A DNA stretch of 64,000 nucleotides, from positions 192,014,001-192,078,000 of the forward strand of contig OZ024742.1 of NCBI GenBank assembly GCA_964016885.1, read 5' to 3'. Both the position numbers and the translations under genes were made by a program. Positions within the stretch are counted from its first letter, which is position 1, and every line of letters starts with the position of its first letter. Under the pieces are notes generated by a model. It was not told the origin of the DNA. It made no database searches and saw nothing but the letters and a program-made list of their open reading frames with translations. The stretch comes from Eledone cirrhosa. Its lineage: Eukaryota. Of the stretch, positions 59,137-64,000 are shown one piece after another.

Positions 59137-59234
<98 letters not shown>

Positions 59235-59723
59235 AGCAAGTACACACACAAGCCCCATTTCTCTGTGTACTTTTCTCTGTCCCTATTACTTTTCCTCACA
59301 AAACACATCCACTTACACGCACGTACATACACAACTCTCCATACACCCATACATGCTCACATATGCACATACAAAACTCTGCACATACTCATACATGTGC
59401 ACGCAGAAACACACAGAAATATACATGCACATACACACGCAGAATCTCCCTCAACCCTTTTTACCCCCTATCTCTTTCTCTCTCTACTTAACCCCTTACA
59501 AGTTAGTCATCCCTCCCCTATAAAAGGCCTCTAACTCCAATATATTCCCTCACTGTTCCTTACAGAATTTACACACAATTATGCGTCCATTCCTCTTAAT
59601 CTTCCCTTCCACCCACGTCTCCATCTGATATACAGCTGTAAAATTGCACTTATTCACCTCCTTACATGCATCATCGCATTACACCTTTTATGTATCTCTC
59701 CTCTTACCACTACCATCTTTCTA

Positions 59724-59762
59724 TGACTACTACTACTACTACTACTATTACTACTACTACTA

Positions 59763-59818
<56 letters not shown>

Positions 59819-59828
59819 ACCACCACCA
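59724..59828. repeat. (CTA)n(CTG)n microsatellite
   Basis: Compound triplet run. Confidence 0.95.
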
Positions 59829-59978
59829 TAACACTTGACCTACCAGCCGACTCATCAATCGACCCGTGGATTTCTAACTCTCCCTTGCGGCTTAAACATG
59901 ACTTCCAGATTTTTCTCACCTCTCCCCACTATCTTTCTCTCACCCACTCTCTCTTACTCACTCTCTCTCTGTCACTCA

Positions 59979-60009
<31 letters not shown>

Positions 60010-60213
60010 CCTATTTTCTCTTCAACCCCCCCCCCGCCCCCTCTCTCTCTCTCTCCATTTTTGTAGAATTATTGACATTCAATCATGCCTGCATTGCCTT
60101 CTAACACGTCCCGGAAGCTTTCAGCATTCTTTAACTCTCTTTTATCTCTCTCTCTCTTTTTATCTCTCTCCCTCTCTCTCTCTCCCTCTCTCCCTCTCCC
60201 TCTCTCTACCTCG

Positions 60214-60251
<38 letters not shown>

Positions 60252-60625
60252 ATATGTGTGTGTATATGTGTATATATATATATGCGTGTGTGTGCGCGCA
60301 CACAGAGAACGAAAGGGGGAGGTAAGTATATATATACGTGTGTGTGTGTCTCATTCCGTTTGTTCTTCACCTTTTATTCTCCTGTCATCTCTCGGTTACA
60401 TTATCATCCAGAACAACGTCATCAACGAAGAGTAGACATTATGTGGTTGTTCGACGTACTAGATATAACAATGAAGTCTCTAACCGCTAGAGTCTAGCGT
60501 ATTCAAAAATAAAAGAATAAAACATTTAAAAAAACGGGATCACATATTTTTCAAGGTAGTCGTACATATAAAAAAATGTATGATGGTCAATCAGAATTCA
60601 GTTGGGTATAAACACATCCACCATT

Positions 60626-60774
60626 TAGAAGAGGAAGACCAAGGTTAACGTATATTGATGCCGTAAGGACAGACACTGGTCTGTTGGAGACGCAGGACAT
60701 GGCAGCGTTAATGAGGGACAGAGGCCGCTGGAGACAACTCGTCCATGGATCTCGGGAATTTTACCCGCCTTAGA
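60626..60774 (+). mobile_element. RTE LINE extreme 3' end, same family as 16225-16708
   Basis: ggaagaccaaggttaacgta...ttttacccgcc(t/c)taga then (TA)n. Confidence 0.85.
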
Positions 60775-60782
60775 TATATATA

Positions 60783-60846
<64 letters not shown>

Positions 60847-60885
60847 TATATATAAATATATATATAAATATATATATATATATAA

Positions 60886-61056
<171 letters not shown>

Positions 61057-61114
61057 TATATATATATATATAATATTATATATATATATATATAATATTA
61101 TATATATATATATA

Positions 61115-61218
<104 letters not shown>

Positions 61219-61502
61219 GACGCCCAATATATATACCTCTGTTAAGATATAGGTTCTTTAGAATAACATTTTTCGCGGCTATTCCTAGCCTGATTGTAGC
61301 ATGACATTAACACTGACTTTTCTTCTTTCTTTCTGTCTTTTTTTCTCTTCGACCGGGAGGTTAGCTTTCGCTTAGTAGACCGAATATCCAGCACTTGATG
61401 GCGACCGGCTAAAGTGGAAGATGCTAGATGGTCGGTCATCCTCGGGTCTATGATTTTCAGCCCCATGGATTTTATCTGTTACATTCAGTTATTATATTTC
61501 GA

Positions 61503-61560
61503 ATACCTGATGATATCACCAGATTCATACGGAATCCGGTCATTGAAATAATTATAGTAT
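61503..61560 (+). ncRNA. Minimal type I hammerhead motif (DR1)
   Basis: ATAC-CTGATGA-tATcACCAGATTCatacgGAATCCGGTcATt-GAAA-TAATTA-TA^-GTAT. Confidence 0.8.
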
Positions 61561-61760
61561 AATAAACCTTTCAAGGATTTACACAAGTCCAGCATCCTGT
61601 TATTTTATTATAATATTTAACTCCGTACTCGCACCACCAACTACACAAACGAAGACGGTTGAGCTGCTTTATGTTGAGTAATATCCATATTATTACATCT
61701 AGATTGACCATACGGAATGACCAGCTCTGTCCAGTGGTGAACCTTCAAACCTAAATAAAT

Positions 61761-61879
61761 AATTGTTTCTACTTTTTGGCACAAGGCCAGCAATTACACA
61801 GTGCATTACTGGTACTTTATTTTATCGACCCTGTAAGGATGAAAAGCAAAGTTAACTTCGGCAGGATTTGAACTCAGAT
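61761..61879 (-). mobile_element. Truncated tRNA-derived SINE nested in the 2.6-kb element
   Basis: SINE consensus flanked by taaataa-like duplication. Confidence 0.85.
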
Positions 61880-63711
61880 AAATAATGCTCCTGAAATGTT
61901 GAGCACTTCTAGATGTAATAATGGACAGCGGCATGGAACTGACTTGATCTACTCACCATTCGGATTTTGGCTACTCCGCGCTTTGTCTACCGCCCACCTG
62001 GTCCAATGCTACTTCCCTGTCGGGAATATTCAGACTTCGACAAAATTCTACGGATTTTACCATAACCTGTATTGTACTGTACTGTATTGACTGAATTATC
62101 TACCCTATGCTTCAAGGCCTTTGTAATTCACACTGAATTCTGAGGCTCGAACACACACTGATTCCATCTCTTCCATCCTTTATATCTATATGCATTATCT
62201 AACTGCAACTTGATCTATATTGTATTTCCCCTGTGTTTTGATTTCTCCGATATGTTCTTATATACTTCCGTTTTACTCCACCACCACCCTAGCTATGGCG
62301 GCATTTTATTTATTTTTTATGTATTTTTTCATTTATTTATTTATTTATATATTTCTACCATTTTACTTTATTAATGTGTTTTTATCTTCGTATTCTGCTT
62401 TTATTTATCTATGTATTCTTTGTTTTTTGCCTACTGTTCCTTTTATTTAGGTTTTTACTCGCTTTACTCTCATTAAGTACATATCATTGTACTCATTAGC
62501 ACACGACACTAGAATATCTCCCCCTGAGAACCACAATACTTATAACCCGGACTATCTGGGGACCTAGATATAGTCTATTTGCGCTTTTTATCGGGTTTTA
62601 TAATTGATTACACGCGATGATCCGACTGGTGTGGTGGTTTTCCTGGCTGCGCGCCCTGCGCCCTGGTGCATAAGCCTCCCTTGAGTGCTTGGAAAAATAA
62701 ATTTCCCCTTCTTTCGGTAAATGAAATTACTTGGAGAGGATTGCTTCGCTCCGGGGCCCGCCGCGCCGCCGTTTTTGACCGCCATATAGTACCTTTAACT
62801 TCTAGACCTAATCATAACTATTAGCTGTATAATGCCTCCCTCTACTGGACTTAAACAAATCCCCCTCCTGTGTAAATTAATAGTACTCGTTTGGTATAAC
62901 GATGGCCTAACGACGATGGCTGACTTCCCACAAGCACACCCGAAGCCTAGAACAGTTACATTCCTCGAGTGCTCGGAAAAATTGATTTCCATATCTTTCG
63001 CTAGACGGTTTCACTCGGAATGTCTGACACGGGGACACGGGGTTAGGATGGGCTGGCCGGAGTCTGCAGTTGTCGCGTGCTGTTTGACTGATAAACAAGG
63101 ACTTAATCTTTACTCTATATCCCACCCTGAAAACGTATCGAGGATCTCTATAATACACTTAAACTTTTTCATAAAAGATTCTCTCTGTAAATTATTTAAC
63201 TAAATCTCGCAACCCAAACCATACATTTTTTTAAAACGGTTTAATTTTTAATTTTCAAATTTTTTTAATTTTATAATTTTCATCTTTAATTTAATTTTTT
63301 TTTATTTCTTCCTATAAATCTAAACAAAAATTTAACGCACCTATTTTCTGTTCACACATTATACCATGCAGACGCCAACTATATATATCTCTGTTATAAT
63401 ATATACCTCTGTTAAGATATAGGTTCTTTAGAATAACATTTTTCGCGGCAATTCCTAGCCTGATTGTAGCGTGACATTAACGCTTACTTTTCTTCTTTCT
63501 TTCTGTCTTTTTTCTCTTTCACCGCGAGGTTAGTAGCACATTATAACATTATAAGCTTTCGCCCCCTCACCAGATAGCCTTAAGTAGACCGAATAACCAA
63601 CACTTGAGGGCGACCGGCTAAAGTGGAAGGTGCTAGATGGTCGGTCGTCCTCGGGTCTATGATTTTCAGCCCCATGGATTTTATCTGTTACATTCATTTA
63701 TTATATTTCGA

Positions 63712-63769
63712 ATACCTGATGATATCACCGGATTCATACGGAACCCGGTCATTGAAATGATTATAGTAT
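63712..63769 (+). ncRNA. Minimal type I hammerhead motif (DR2)
   Basis: ATAC-CTGATGA-tATcACCGGATTCatacgGAACCCGGTcATt-GAAA-TGATTA-TA^-GTAT. Confidence 0.8.
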
Positions 63770-63842
63770 AATAAACCTTTCAAGGATTTACACAAGTCCA
63801 GCCTCCTGTTATTTTATTATAATTATTATATATATATATATA

Positions 63843-63983
63843 TATTAAAATAACAGATTAAAGTTTAACCAAAGAATCGCTGCTTTCACCCTTAACGTGA
63901 ACTTCTGAAACTCAGTTTCAGAAGATCCCGTTAAGGGTGAAAGCAGCGATTCTTTGCTTAAACTTTAATCTGTTATTTTAATA
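63843..63983 (+). mobile_element. Family F fold-back module with variant HHR (63914-63964)
   Basis: Palindrome centred on aaact-c-agttt; + arm AGTTT-CAGAAGA-tCCCgttaaGGGt-GAAA-GCA..TGC-TT^-AAACT. Confidence 0.8.
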
Positions 63984-64000
63984 AATATTTGCTCGACGGT

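Noticed and set aside
62832-63203. 123-aa ORF inside the 2.6-kb element
   Set aside because: No RT, nuclease or other recognisable motif, and the length is compatible with chance.

Overview
AT-rich, microsatellite-saturated eukaryotic non-coding DNA. The tRNA-derived SINE families and (TA)n/(CA)n/(CT)n density suggest an Octopus genome (inference from recalled repeat families). I can support no host exon, and nearly all listed ORFs are dinucleotide-repeat artefacts. Real coding relics are a Penelope-like element (PLE) RT fragment (YIDD), a PLE GIY-YIG C-terminal fragment, RTE-type LINE 3' fragments and a mariner 5' fragment. The main hidden signal is about 20 type I hammerhead ribozyme (HHR) motifs read by eye, from roughly 9-10 sequence families, almost all inside short modules embedded in (TA)n tracts. 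Many modules are fold-back palindromes whose arms share copy-specific variants. Several families also share a 3' YGAGYRC-like motif. A 2.6-kb non-coding unit (61214-63823) has two HHR-bearing direct repeats, a retrozyme-like or non-autonomous PLE architecture. PLE-associated minimal HHRs are established knowledge. The diversity, fold-back geometry, variant cores and the 2.6-kb unit are the parts worth testing. Coordinates were counted by hand and may be off by a few bases.
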